A stretch of DNA of 50,072 nucleotides from Sulfuritalea sp. GTDB lineage: Bacteria; Pseudomonadota; Gammaproteobacteria; Burkholderiales; Rhodocyclaceae. Position 1 is the first letter of the stretch; every line of letters begins with the position of its first letter. This document shows positions 41,912 to 50,072 of the stretch, in pieces. The notes beneath the pieces are model-generated. The model was not told the DNA's origin, ran no database searches, and saw nothing but the letters and a program-made list of their open reading frames with translations. A program made the position numbers and the translations under genes. Where the stretch lies: the NCBI GenBank assembly GCA_044344235.1, contig JBIJDI010000001.1, positions 1 through 50,072 on the forward strand. The letters are read 5' to 3'.

Positions 41912-43054
41912 ATGCGCGACGAGGCAGCGTGGCAACTCGATGTGCGGCCGGCCGGCGTCGATGAGACGGATACCCTGCTCATCCTTCTCGGCGGACGCTG
42001 GTGCATCGACCAGAATCTGCCCTCTGCGGACACCCTGAAAACCCGGCTCGACGCCCCGGTTTGCCGTGTCCGTTTCGATACAGGCAAACTCGCCGACTGG
42101 GATTCCGGACTGCTGACCTACGTCTCGGGGATCAGCAAATCCTGCACGGATCGCGGCATCGCGGTCGATAACAGCGGGCTGCCGCCGGGAGCGCAACGCC
42201 TGCTGGCGATGGCGCTCGCCGTGCCGGAGCAGAAGCTGGCCGGACGCAACAACGGTCGCCAGGGCACATTCACCCAAGTCGGCGCGGCGACCATCGAGTT
42301 CTTTCGCGGCGTGCCGCAAATGCTCGGCTTTCTCGGTGAAGTCACGTTGTCGCTGCTGCGACTACTCACCGGCCGTGCCCGCTTTCGCCGGCGCGACCTC
42401 TGGCTGGAGATAGAGGAAGTCGGGCCGCGCGCGCTACCCATTGTCTCGGTGATCAGCTTCCTGGTCGGACTGATCCTCGCCTATCTGGGCGCCGACCAGT
42501 TGAAACTGGTCGGCGCCCAGATCTTCATCGCCGATTTGGTGGCCATCGGCATGGTGCGCGAGGTCGGCGCGCTGATGACCGGAATCATCATCGCCGGTCG
42601 CACCGGTGCCGCCTTCGCCGCCCAGCTCGGTACCATGCAGGTCAACGAGGAGATCGATGCCTACAAGACGCTCGGCATCTCGGCCATCGACTTTCTGGTG
42701 TTGCCGCGCATCCTGGCACTGATGCTGATGGTGCCGCTGCTCACGCTCTACTCTGGATTCATTGGCATGCTGGCGGGCTTGCTGGTGTCGATGGCCGTCT
42801 TCGACATCGGCTTCTTCGAGTACTACACGGAGACCTTGCGCGCGCTGGAGTTCAAGCAGTTCGCTGTCGGGCTATCCAAGGGCACGGTCTATGGCGCGAT
42901 CGTGGCGTTCGCCGGCTGCCTGCGCGGCATGCAATGCGGACGCAGCGCCGAGGCGGTCGGACATGCGGCAACCTCGGCGGTCGTCACCGCCATCCTGCTG
43001 ATCACGATTGCCGCTTCGATCATGACCATCGTCTTCTACCAGCTGGGAATCTGA
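41912..43054 (+). CDS. MlaE-family ABC permease with N-terminal STAS-like region
   Basis: WDSG STAS-like segment; REVGALMT, GRTGAAFAAQLGTMQVNEEIDA. Confidence 0.92.
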   Translation: MRDEAAWQLDVRPAGVDETDTLLILLGGRWCIDQNLPSADTLKTRLDAPVCRVRFDTGKLADWDSGLLTYVSGISKSCTDRGIAVDNSGLPPGAQRLLAMALAVPEQKLAGRNNGRQGTFTQVGAATIEFFRGVPQMLGFLGEVTLSLLRLLTGRARFRRRDLWLEIEEVGPRALPIVSVISFLVGLILAYLGADQLKLVGAQIFIADLVAIGMVREVGALMTGIIIAGRTGAAFAAQLGTMQVNEEIDAYKTLGISAIDFLVLPRILALMLMVPLLTLYSGFIGMLAGLLVSMAVFDIGFFEYYTETLRALEFKQFAVGLSKGTVYGAIVAFAGCLRGMQCGRSAEAVGHAATSAVVTAILLITIAASIMTIVFYQLGI

Positions 43055-43059
43055 CAGTA

Positions 43060-43143
43060 GTGGCCCCCCACGCTCGCAAACCCGGCTCGCTGCCCCCCAC
43101 AGGGGGGAGCATGTTTCCTTGGGGCGGCCCGGCGGAAACATGA
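43060..43143 (+). repeat. Palindromic intergenic element (family A) spanned by a 27-aa mini-ORF between mlaE- and mlaF-like genes
   Basis: Colinear with 23165-23245; GTG-started ORF MAPHARKPGSLPPTGGSMFPWGGPAET* ends in ATGATG; 9-bp stem CATGTTTCC/GGAAACATG includes the downstream ATG. Confidence 0.8.
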
Positions 43144-43895
43144 TGGATCAGACCCCTCACATCGAAGTACGCGATCTGAGCATGGCCTACGGCGATTTCG
43201 TCGTGCAGCGCGGACTGGATTTCGTGGTGAACAAGGGTGACATTTTCGTTGTCATGGGCGGCAACGGCTGCGGCAAGACTACGCTGATGCGCGCCCTGGT
43301 CGGCCTGCAAAGGCCCGCAACGGGATCGGTAGTCTATAGCGGCGAGGACTTCTGGAGTGCAGGAGCGGAGGCGCAGCAAAGGCTCAAGCGTCGTCTCGGC
43401 ATCCTGTTCCAGGGCGGCGCGCTGTGGAGCTCGCTGACGCTGGGCGAAAACGTAGCGCTGCCGATTGCCGAATACACCGGCCTGCCGCCGACCCGTGTCG
43501 ATGAGATCGTCGCCTTCAAGCTGGCGCTGGTCGGGCTCGCCGGCTTCGAGGACTTTTATCCGGCCGAGTTGAGCGGCGGCATGAAGAAGCGCGCGGGACT
43601 GGCACGGGCAATGGCCCTCGATCCCGACATCCTGGTCATCGACGAGCCCTCGTCGGGTCTTGATCCGCTGACAGCCAGGCGCCTCGACGAACTGATCATG
43701 GAACTGCGCGACAGTCTCGGCACCACCATCGTCGTCGTCACGCATGAACTAGCCAGCATCCTCAGTATCGGCAACAATTCGATCTATCTGGATTCGGAAA
43801 GCCACACCATGATTGCCACCGGGCACCCGCAGGACGCGTTGAAGAACGGGCATCCCAAGGTCCGCCATTTTCTGACCCGCGGTGGAACGACATGA
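43140..43895 (+). CDS. MlaF-family ABC ATP-binding protein
   Basis: GGNGCGKTT, LFQGGALWSSL, LSGGMKKR, DEPSSGLDP; start 43140 or 43143. Confidence 0.93.
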   Translation: MMDQTPHIEVRDLSMAYGDFVVQRGLDFVVNKGDIFVVMGGNGCGKTTLMRALVGLQRPATGSVVYSGEDFWSAGAEAQQRLKRRLGILFQGGALWSSLTLGENVALPIAEYTGLPPTRVDEIVAFKLALVGLAGFEDFYPAELSGGMKKRAGLARAMALDPDILVIDEPSSGLDPLTARRLDELIMELRDSLGTTIVVVTHELASILSIGNNSIYLDSESHTMIATGHPQDALKNGHPKVRHFLTRGGTT

Positions 43896-44908
43896 GCCGA
43901 AAAGCCAACCCCGTGCTGATCGGCGCCTTCGTCCTCGGCGCACTTGCGCTGACGGTTGTGACCATACTGTTACTGGCGGGCGGCAGCTGGTTCGGCGAGC
44001 GGCGGCAACACGTAATGTATTTCGAAGGCGCGGCTCAGGGCCTCCAGGTCGGCGCGCCGGTGGTATTTCTCGGCGTCAAGGTTGGCACCGTCAAGCAGAT
44101 CCAGCTCGGCCTCGATCCGCAAAGCCGCCGTTTCCTGGTGCCGGTGATGATCGAACTTGAACCCCACGTCGTGCGCACACGCGGCGGCGAGCCGATCGAC
44201 CTGCGTGATCGAGCGACGGTGCGGCAGCTGGTCGAGCGCGGCCTGCGGGCGCGGCTGCGCATGCAAAGCCTGCTCACCGGCCAGCTGTACGTGGACCTCG
44301 ACTTTCATCCCGACAAGCCGGCGACCTTCGCCGCGCTTGATCCCGACCTCAGCGAAATCCCGACCATCCGCACGGCCGTTCAGGAACTGACGACCAAGCT
44401 CGAGGGTTTCCCGATGGACAAGTTTCTCGCCGATGTGGCCGCCATCAGTGGCGCAACGAACAAGCTGATGTCGGCGCAAGCGACGCAGGAACTGCCACGG
44501 CGGCTTGACGCGACCCTTCGTCACCTTGAATCCCTGACGGCCCGCTTGGACGCACAGAGCGGCCCCGTCCTGAATGATGTGCGAGGCAACCTCGCCGAGC
44601 TGAACAAGGCGCTGCTGGCGGCGCAAGCGGCACTGGCCAGAGTCGACACCGCAGCCGACCGGGTGGCCGAACTGGCACGACCCGATTCGCGCGCTGTCGC
44701 CGGCATGACCCAAGCCAGCGAGGAACTGGCCAAGGCCGCCGGAGCCCTGCGCAGCCTGACCGATCAGGAGTCGACAACGGTGGCCAACGTCAATGCCGCT
44801 CTCAAGGAAATCACCCGGGCCGCCGATGCCGTTCGCATACTAGCGGAAACGCTCGACCAGCAACCGGATGCCATCTGGCGCGGCAAGCGCCAGAAGACGA
44901 CCCCATGA
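43892..44908 (+). CDS. MlaD/PqiB-family MCE protein
   Basis: IGAFVLG TM; GLQVGAPV.F.GVKVG.V MCE domain; GLRARL..SLLTGQLYVDL; coiled coil. Confidence 0.92.
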   Translation: MSRKANPVLIGAFVLGALALTVVTILLLAGGSWFGERRQHVMYFEGAAQGLQVGAPVVFLGVKVGTVKQIQLGLDPQSRRFLVPVMIELEPHVVRTRGGEPIDLRDRATVRQLVERGLRARLRMQSLLTGQLYVDLDFHPDKPATFAALDPDLSEIPTIRTAVQELTTKLEGFPMDKFLADVAAISGATNKLMSAQATQELPRRLDATLRHLESLTARLDAQSGPVLNDVRGNLAELNKALLAAQAALARVDTAADRVAELARPDSRAVAGMTQASEELAKAAGALRSLTDQESTTVANVNAALKEITRAADAVRILAETLDQQPDAIWRGKRQKTTP

Positions 44909-44948
44909 CGCACCACCCCGCGCCATACCCCATCAACGAGGAGGCAAA

Positions 44949-45791
44949 ATGAAACTCGTCCGCTTTGGTCCCAGGGGCCATGAAAAACCTGGTCTTGTTG
45001 CAGCAGACGGCACGCTGCGCGATCTTTCCGGCCACCTTGCCGACATCGGCTGGAATGAACTTTCCGCGGCCGGCCAAAAGCGCCTGCGTGCGCTGAATCA
45101 CGGCAGCTTGCCCACGGTGCGCGGCAAGCCGCGGCTCGGTGTGCCCTTCACCGGCATCTCGAAAATCGTCGGCATCGGGCTGAATTACCGGGCTCACGCC
45201 CTTGAGGCGAAGATGCCGATTCCTACCGAGCCTGTAGTGTTCATGAAAGCCACCACCTGCATTACCGGCCCCAGCGATCCGATCCTGATGCCTGTCGGCA
45301 GCACCAAACTCGACTGGGAAGTCGAGCTTGGCATCGTCATCGGTTGCGAGACGCGTCGCGTCGCGGAGGCACAGGCGCTCGATCACGTCGCCGGCTACTG
45401 CGTGTTCCACGACGTCTCGGAGCGCGCCTTCCAGCTCGAACGCGGCGGCCAGTGGGACAAGGGCAAGAGCTGCGACAGCTTTGGCCCCATCGGTCCCTGG
45501 CTGGTGACCAAGGATGAAGTGCCCGACCCGCAACGACTGCGCCTGTGGCTCGACGTCAATGGCGAACGCATGCAGGATTCCTCCACCGCCGACATGATCT
45601 TTTCCTGCGCCGAAATCGTCAGCTATGTTTCAGGCTTCATGACGCTTTTGCCTGGCGACGTGATTTGCACTGGCACGCCACAGGGCGTCGGCATCGGGCG
45701 CGGCCGCTTCCTTCAGATCGGCGACAAGGTCGCACTCGGCGTCGAAGGGCTGGGTGAACAGCAACAGACCGTGATCGCCACGCGGCAGTAA
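44949..45791 (+). CDS. Fumarylacetoacetate hydrolase family protein
   Basis: MKLVRFGP.G.EKPG, IGLNY, DWEVEL, KGKSCDSFGP, TGTPQGVG; SD GAGGAGG; start corrected from 44868. Confidence 0.93.
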   Translation: MKLVRFGPRGHEKPGLVAADGTLRDLSGHLADIGWNELSAAGQKRLRALNHGSLPTVRGKPRLGVPFTGISKIVGIGLNYRAHALEAKMPIPTEPVVFMKATTCITGPSDPILMPVGSTKLDWEVELGIVIGCETRRVAEAQALDHVAGYCVFHDVSERAFQLERGGQWDKGKSCDSFGPIGPWLVTKDEVPDPQRLRLWLDVNGERMQDSSTADMIFSCAEIVSYVSGFMTLLPGDVICTGTPQGVGIGRGRFLQIGDKVALGVEGLGEQQQTVIATRQ

Positions 45792-45850
45792 AAAGTCGGC
45801 GTTGGTGACGCGGCGCCCAGTATCACACTGCCGGAGGATTGAAGGTCGCC

Positions 45851-47416
45851 ATGAGCAATGACTACCTGCTGGCCATCGACAACGGCACCCAGAGCATCCG
45901 CGCGCTGATATTCGATCTGCACGGCCACCTGGTCGACAAGGCGCAGGTCGATATCACCAGCTACCAGTCGCCGCAACCCGGCTGGATGGAGAACGACCCC
46001 GAGGAGTTCTGGGCCGCGCTTGGCATGGCGTGCCAGCGGCTCTGGGCGAATACCCGGATTCCCAAAAGTTCGATTCGCGGCGTCGTCATCACCACCCAGC
46101 GCGGCACGACCATCAATCTCGACAGTCACGGCCTGCCGCTGCGGCCGGCCATCGTCTGGCTGGACCAGCGGCGCGCCGACACCAATCCGAAGCTGGCCTG
46201 GTGGTGGGAACTGGCGCTGCGTGCCATTGGCATGCGGGAGACCATCCGCTACTTCGCGCGCGAGGCGGAAGCCAACTGGATCGCCCAGCACCAACCGGAG
46301 ATTTGGGCGCGCACGGACAAATTCCTGCTGCTGTCCGGCTATCTGAACTACCGCTTCACCGGGCGCTTTGTCGATTCCGTGGCGAACCAGGTCGGCTACA
46401 TTCCATTCGACTACAAGCGCGGCCGCTGGGCCTCCGCGCTCGACTGGAAATGGCACTGCCTGCCGATCACCCGGAAAATGTTGCCCGAACTGATGGCGGC
46501 AGGCGCGCAACTCGGCCGCGTCAGCGCCGCCGCCGCCCGCGACACGGGAATTCCCGAGGGCTTGCCGGTCATCGCCGGCGCCGCCGACAAGGCCTGCGAA
46601 GTCCTCGGCGCCGGTTGCCTAACCCCCGAGGTTGCCTGTCTGTCGTATGGCACGGCGGCGACCATCAACACCACCACCTCGCACTATCTGGAGGCCACAC
46701 CCTTCATTCCGCCTTTTCAGGCGGCAGTACCGCGACACTACAACACCGAAATCCAGATCACGCGCGGCTTCTGGATGGTGAACTGGTTCCGCGAGCAGTT
46801 CGGTCTGCATGAGGAAATCGAAGCGCGAAAGCGCGGCGTCACGCCGGAAAGCCTGTTCGACGACCTGGTGAACGCGGTACCTCCGGGCTCGATGGGCCTG
46901 ATGCTGCAACCCTTCTGGAACCCCGGCATCAAGATTCCCGGTCCGGAAGCCAAGGGCGCCGTGATCGGCTTTGGCGAAGTGCATACGCGCGCCCACCTCT
47001 ATCGCGCCATTCTGGAAGGCCTGGCCTACGCCCTGCGCGATGGCCGGGAACGCATAGAGCGCCGCAGCGGACGGAGCATCGAGCGCGTGCGGGTATCCGG
47101 CGGCGGTTCGCAAAGCGACGCGGCCATGCAGATCACCGCCAACATATTCAACCTGCCGACCGAGCGGCCGCACTTGTACGAGACCAGCGGCTTGGGCGCT
47201 GCCGTCATTGCCGCCGTCGGCCTCGGCCTGCATCCCGACTTTGCCACCGCCGTGCGCGAAATGACGCGCGTCGGCCAGGTGTTTCAACCCGAAGCGCAGC
47301 ACGTGCGCATTTACGACCAGCTCTACGAAAAGGTCTATTGCCGCATGTACCAGCGCCTGCAGCCGCTGTATCAGGAGATACGCGAGATCACCGGCTACCC
47401 GGGTGCAGAGGAATAG
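45851..47416 (+). CDS. FGGY-family carbohydrate kinase
   Basis: AIDNGTQS, WLDQR, ADKACE, SYGT, VSGGGSQS. Confidence 0.92.
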   Translation: MSNDYLLAIDNGTQSIRALIFDLHGHLVDKAQVDITSYQSPQPGWMENDPEEFWAALGMACQRLWANTRIPKSSIRGVVITTQRGTTINLDSHGLPLRPAIVWLDQRRADTNPKLAWWWELALRAIGMRETIRYFAREAEANWIAQHQPEIWARTDKFLLLSGYLNYRFTGRFVDSVANQVGYIPFDYKRGRWASALDWKWHCLPITRKMLPELMAAGAQLGRVSAAAARDTGIPEGLPVIAGAADKACEVLGAGCLTPEVACLSYGTAATINTTTSHYLEATPFIPPFQAAVPRHYNTEIQITRGFWMVNWFREQFGLHEEIEARKRGVTPESLFDDLVNAVPPGSMGLMLQPFWNPGIKIPGPEAKGAVIGFGEVHTRAHLYRAILEGLAYALRDGRERIERRSGRSIERVRVSGGGSQSDAAMQITANIFNLPTERPHLYETSGLGAAVIAAVGLGLHPDFATAVREMTRVGQVFQPEAQHVRIYDQLYEKVYCRMYQRLQPLYQEIREITGYPGAEE

Positions 47417-47438
47417 GTGCCTGAGGGACAGGAAGACA

Positions 47439-47465
47439 ATAAAAAGCCCACCGCGAGGGTGGGCT
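47439..47465 (-). terminator. Rho-independent terminator of panBCD
   Basis: Minus strand AGCCCACC-CTCGC-GGTGGGCT followed by TTTTAT. Confidence 0.8.
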
Positions 47466-47487
47466 GATCGAGCCGCAAACTGAAAAG

Positions 47488-47871
47488 TCAGGCGGCTGCC
47501 TGCGCCGGGATCTGCCGGCTGTGATGGGTAATGCGGTTTCTGGCATCGACATACACCAGATCGGGCTCGAAACTCTGCAGTTCGATCTCGTTCATCATGG
47601 CGTAGGTGGCGATGATCAACAGGTCGCCGGTCGCGGCCTTGCGTGCCGCAGCGCCATTCACCGAAATGGTGCCGCTGCCGCGCTCGGCACGAATGGCGTA
47701 GGTGGTGAAGCGCTCGCCGTTGTTGATGTTGTAAATGTCGATCTGCTGGTATTCCTTGATGTCGGCTGCTTCAAGCAGGTCTTCATCAATGGCGCAGGAA
47801 CCTTCGTAGTGCAACTCGGCGTGTGTCACCGTGACACGGTGAAGTTTTGATTTGAGCATTGTGCGTTGCAT
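47488..47871 (-). CDS. panD: Aspartate 1-decarboxylase
   Basis: [17 protein letters not shown] self-cleavage site, [14 protein letters not shown]; start corrected from 47901. Confidence 0.97.
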   Translation of the reverse strand: MQRTMLKSKLHRVTVTHAELHYEGSCAIDEDLLEAADIKEYQQIDIYNINNGERFTTYAIRAERGSGTISVNGAAARKAATGDLLIIATYAMMNEIELQSFEPDLVYVDARNRITHHSRQIPAQAAA

Positions 47872-47987
47872 TGTCAGACCTTTCTCATGCAAAGGCGGCA
47901 ATAAAATTGGGAACTCTCCGCAAAGGGAGCCAGACTCCCGTCATTTCCGCTACTGGCACACCACCGGCATGAGCGCATCGTAGTGAC

Positions 47988-48815
47988 CTAAACTTCCAGA
48001 TTGTCGATGAGGCGCGTGCTTCCGAGACGCGCCGCTGCCAACACCACCAATCCGGAATCGTGAGCGGACGGCAATTGTAGATCAAGTTTTTTACGCAATG
48101 CAACATAATCCGTAACCCAGCCACTGGCCTGCAGTTCCAGAACCGCCTCCTGCTCCAGCCCGGCAAAATCCCGCGAACCGGCGCGCACGGCCTCTACTAC
48201 TTTGGTTAATACCCTGAACAAATGCGGCGCTGCCGCCCTTTCCGCGGCCGAAAGGTAGCCGTTGCGCGAGGACAGGGCCAGGCCGTCGGCCGCGCGCACG
48301 GTCTCGCCGCCGATGATTTCGATGGGCAAATTGAATTCCCGCGCCATGTTGCGAATAACCATCAGTTGCTGGTAATCCTTCTTGCCGAACAGCGCGACGT
48401 CGGGTTGGGCGATCTGAAACAGCTTCATCACCACGGTGGCGACGCCGCGAAAATGCCCAGGGCGGAACTCTCCATCGAGAATGCCGGCCTGCTCGGGTGG
48501 GGGTTCAATCTGATAGGTCTGCGGCTGGGGATACATTTCCGCTTCCTGCGGCGCAAAAAGATCGTCCACCCCTGCCGCCGCCAGGCGTTCGCAGTCCGCC
48601 ACAAAGGTGCGCGGATACTTCTCGAAGTCCTCGCCGGGACGAAATTGCAGGCGATTGACGAAGATGGTCGCCACCACCTGTTCCGCGCTGTCGCGCGCCT
48701 GTGTCATCAGTGCAATGTGCCCGTCGTGCAGGTTGCCCATGGTGGGCACCAGCGCGACGCGACCATCCCTGCTCCGCGCCGCTCTCAGCGACTCGATGGT
48801 TTCGTGGATGCGCAT
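47988..48815 (-). CDS. panC: Pantoate--beta-alanine ligase
   Basis: VPTMGNLHDGH, FGKKDYQQL, GLALSSRN, RLIDN. Confidence 0.97.
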   Translation of the reverse strand: MRIHETIESLRAARSRDGRVALVPTMGNLHDGHIALMTQARDSAEQVVATIFVNRLQFRPGEDFEKYPRTFVADCERLAAAGVDDLFAPQEAEMYPQPQTYQIEPPPEQAGILDGEFRPGHFRGVATVVMKLFQIAQPDVALFGKKDYQQLMVIRNMAREFNLPIEIIGGETVRAADGLALSSRNGYLSAAERAAAPHLFRVLTKVVEAVRAGSRDFAGLEQEAVLELQASGWVTDYVALRKKLDLQLPSAHDSGLVVLAAARLGSTRLIDNLEV

Positions 48816-48818
48816 GCT

Positions 48819-48938
48819 TTAACGTGAAACAACTCGTTCGGAGCGACTGGTGATAGTCGAGCGAAGCGAGCAGATCAGCAGCCCCCCGCGAGGGGGGATG
48901 GGGGGGCGGGCCTTCAATTTGCCTTTCGCGTGTTTCAT
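48819..48938 (-). repeat. Palindromic intergenic element (family B) spanned by a 39-aa mini-ORF between panB and panC
   Basis: Related to 15385-15510; ORF MKHAKGKLKARPPIPPRGGLLICSLRSTITSRSERVVSR* stops 3 nt before the panC ATG. Confidence 0.7.
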
Positions 48939-48969
48939 CTTCGGCGGATGGCGCTCGGTGCCATGAGCG

Positions 48970-49785
48970 TCAGTACGTGTGTTCGGGCGCGGGGAAGCTG
49001 CCGTCCTTGACGGCCTTGACATAGGCGATCACCGCGGCGTCGATGCTCGCGGCACCCTCCATGAAGTTGCGCACGAAGCGCCCCTTCTTGCCCGGGTAGA
49101 CGCCGAGCATGTCGTGCAGTACCAGCACCTGGCCGTCACAGTCCTTGCCGGCGCCGATGCCGATGGTCGCGCAGACCTTGAGCAGTTGGGTGATTTCACC
49201 GGCAAGCTGGGCCGGGACCATTTCCAGCACCATCAGGGCGGCGCCGGCCTGTTCCAGCGCCAGGGCTTCGCGTTTCATGCGCGCCGCGCCTTCCTCGCCG
49301 CGTCCCTGCACGCGGTAGCCACCCAGCGCGTGCACCGATTGCGGCGTGAGACCGATGTGGGCGCAGACCGGCACGCCGCGCTCGACCAGGAAATGCACCG
49401 TTTCGGCCATCACCTCGCCGCCTTCGAGCTTGACCATCTCCGCGCCGGCAGCGAGCAGGCGCACGGCGTTGCGCAGGGCGAGTTCCTTCGACTCCTGATA
49501 GCTGCCGAAGGGCATGTCGGCGACACACATCGCGCGCTGCGCCATGTGGCCGACGCACTCGGTGTGATAAACCATCTGCTCCATGGTCACCGGCAGTGTC
49601 GAGGTCTTGCCCTGCAGCACGTTGCCCAGCGAATCGCCGACCAGTATCACGTCGACGCCGCAGCGATCCTCCAGCGCAGCGAAGCTTGCATCGTAGCCGG
49701 TGAGCATGGCGATCTTCTGGCCGTCGTGCTTCATGCGCCCGAGTTCCGGCAGCGTGATCGGCTTGTTGCTGGCGAGGTAGGTCAT
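48970..49785 (-). CDS. panB: 3-methyl-2-oxobutanoate hydroxymethyltransferase
   Basis: LT.YDASFA, LVGDSLG, DMPFGSY, VKLEGG, HIGLTPQ, IGIGAG..CDGQVLV; start corrected from 49824. Confidence 0.97.
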   Translation of the reverse strand: MTYLASNKPITLPELGRMKHDGQKIAMLTGYDASFAALEDRCGVDVILVGDSLGNVLQGKTSTLPVTMEQMVYHTECVGHMAQRAMCVADMPFGSYQESKELALRNAVRLLAAGAEMVKLEGGEVMAETVHFLVERGVPVCAHIGLTPQSVHALGGYRVQGRGEEGAARMKREALALEQAGAALMVLEMVPAQLAGEITQLLKVCATIGIGAGKDCDGQVLVLHDMLGVYPGKKGRFVRNFMEGAASIDAAVIAYVKAVKDGSFPAPEHTY

Positions 49786-49841
49786 GGGGATCAGAATGTG
49801 AAGTAAACGGCGGCTAGGATACACAAACTCGTCTGCATGAT

Positions 49842-50072
49842 TCAGACAGAATTCGGCGGCATCTTCTCTATTTGCTGATCGGCGCAGCGCAGCAGCAGTT
49901 CAGCGACTCCGCCGCGGCCCGGAACGACAAGGTGCGGGGCGATTTCGGCCAGCGGCGCCAGCACGAAGGCGCGCTGATGCATGCGTGGATGCGGCAGCGT
50001 GAGTTGCGGGTCGTCGCTGAGCAGATCACCGCAGAGCAGCAGATCGAGATCGAGCGTGCGCGGTGCGTTTCT
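49842..50072 (-). CDS. folK: 2-amino-4-hydroxy-6-hydroxymethyldihydropteridine diphosphokinase, 3' part (truncated by window edge)
   Basis: Manual translation [13 protein letters not shown]...[21 protein letters not shown]...* (HPPK signature); absent from the ORF track because the start lies outside the window. Confidence 0.93.
   Translation of the reverse strand, partial: RNAPRTLDLDLLLCGDLLSDDPQLTLPHPRMHQRAFVLAPLAEIAPHLVVPGRGGVAELLLRCADQQIEKMPPNSV

Overview
GC-rich betaproteobacterial chromosome segment. Gene content and order suggest a Rhodocyclales/Sterolibacteriaceae-type sulfur oxidiser (inference). It is mostly core genome: ilvBNC, an ECF sigma/DUF3619/DUF3106/RDD operon, lptFG, pepA-holC, GST, purB, queA-tgt-yajC-secDF, a CRP-family regulator, tRNA-Leu(CAA), kup, soxYZAXB (no soxCD in the window), a MacAB-type ABC system, CYTH-CHAD plus sixA, MarR, tas, a five-PAS histidine kinase/receiver/REC-GGDEF-EAL module, rhlE, an MlaE/F/D-type ABC transporter, an FAH hydrolase, an FGGY kinase, panBCD and the 3' end of folK. 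No transposase, integrase, phage gene or CRISPR array is seen. The most striking unexplained structure is a set of four 80-130 bp palindromic elements in two related families. Each sits inside an operon (yajC-secD, soxA-soxX, mlaE-mlaF, panB-panC) and is spanned by a mini-ORF that starts at or just after the upstream stop and ends on or near the downstream start. In two cases a covarying stem occludes the downstream RBS or start codon, which suggests a ribosome-relay (translational coupling) repeat system. Other notable items are a Spy/CpxP-like insertion in the MacA adaptor with a CpxR-like box in its promoter, an A53:U61 tRNA, a CTG-initiated sigma factor, a doubly deleted receiver domain and a structured panD leader.
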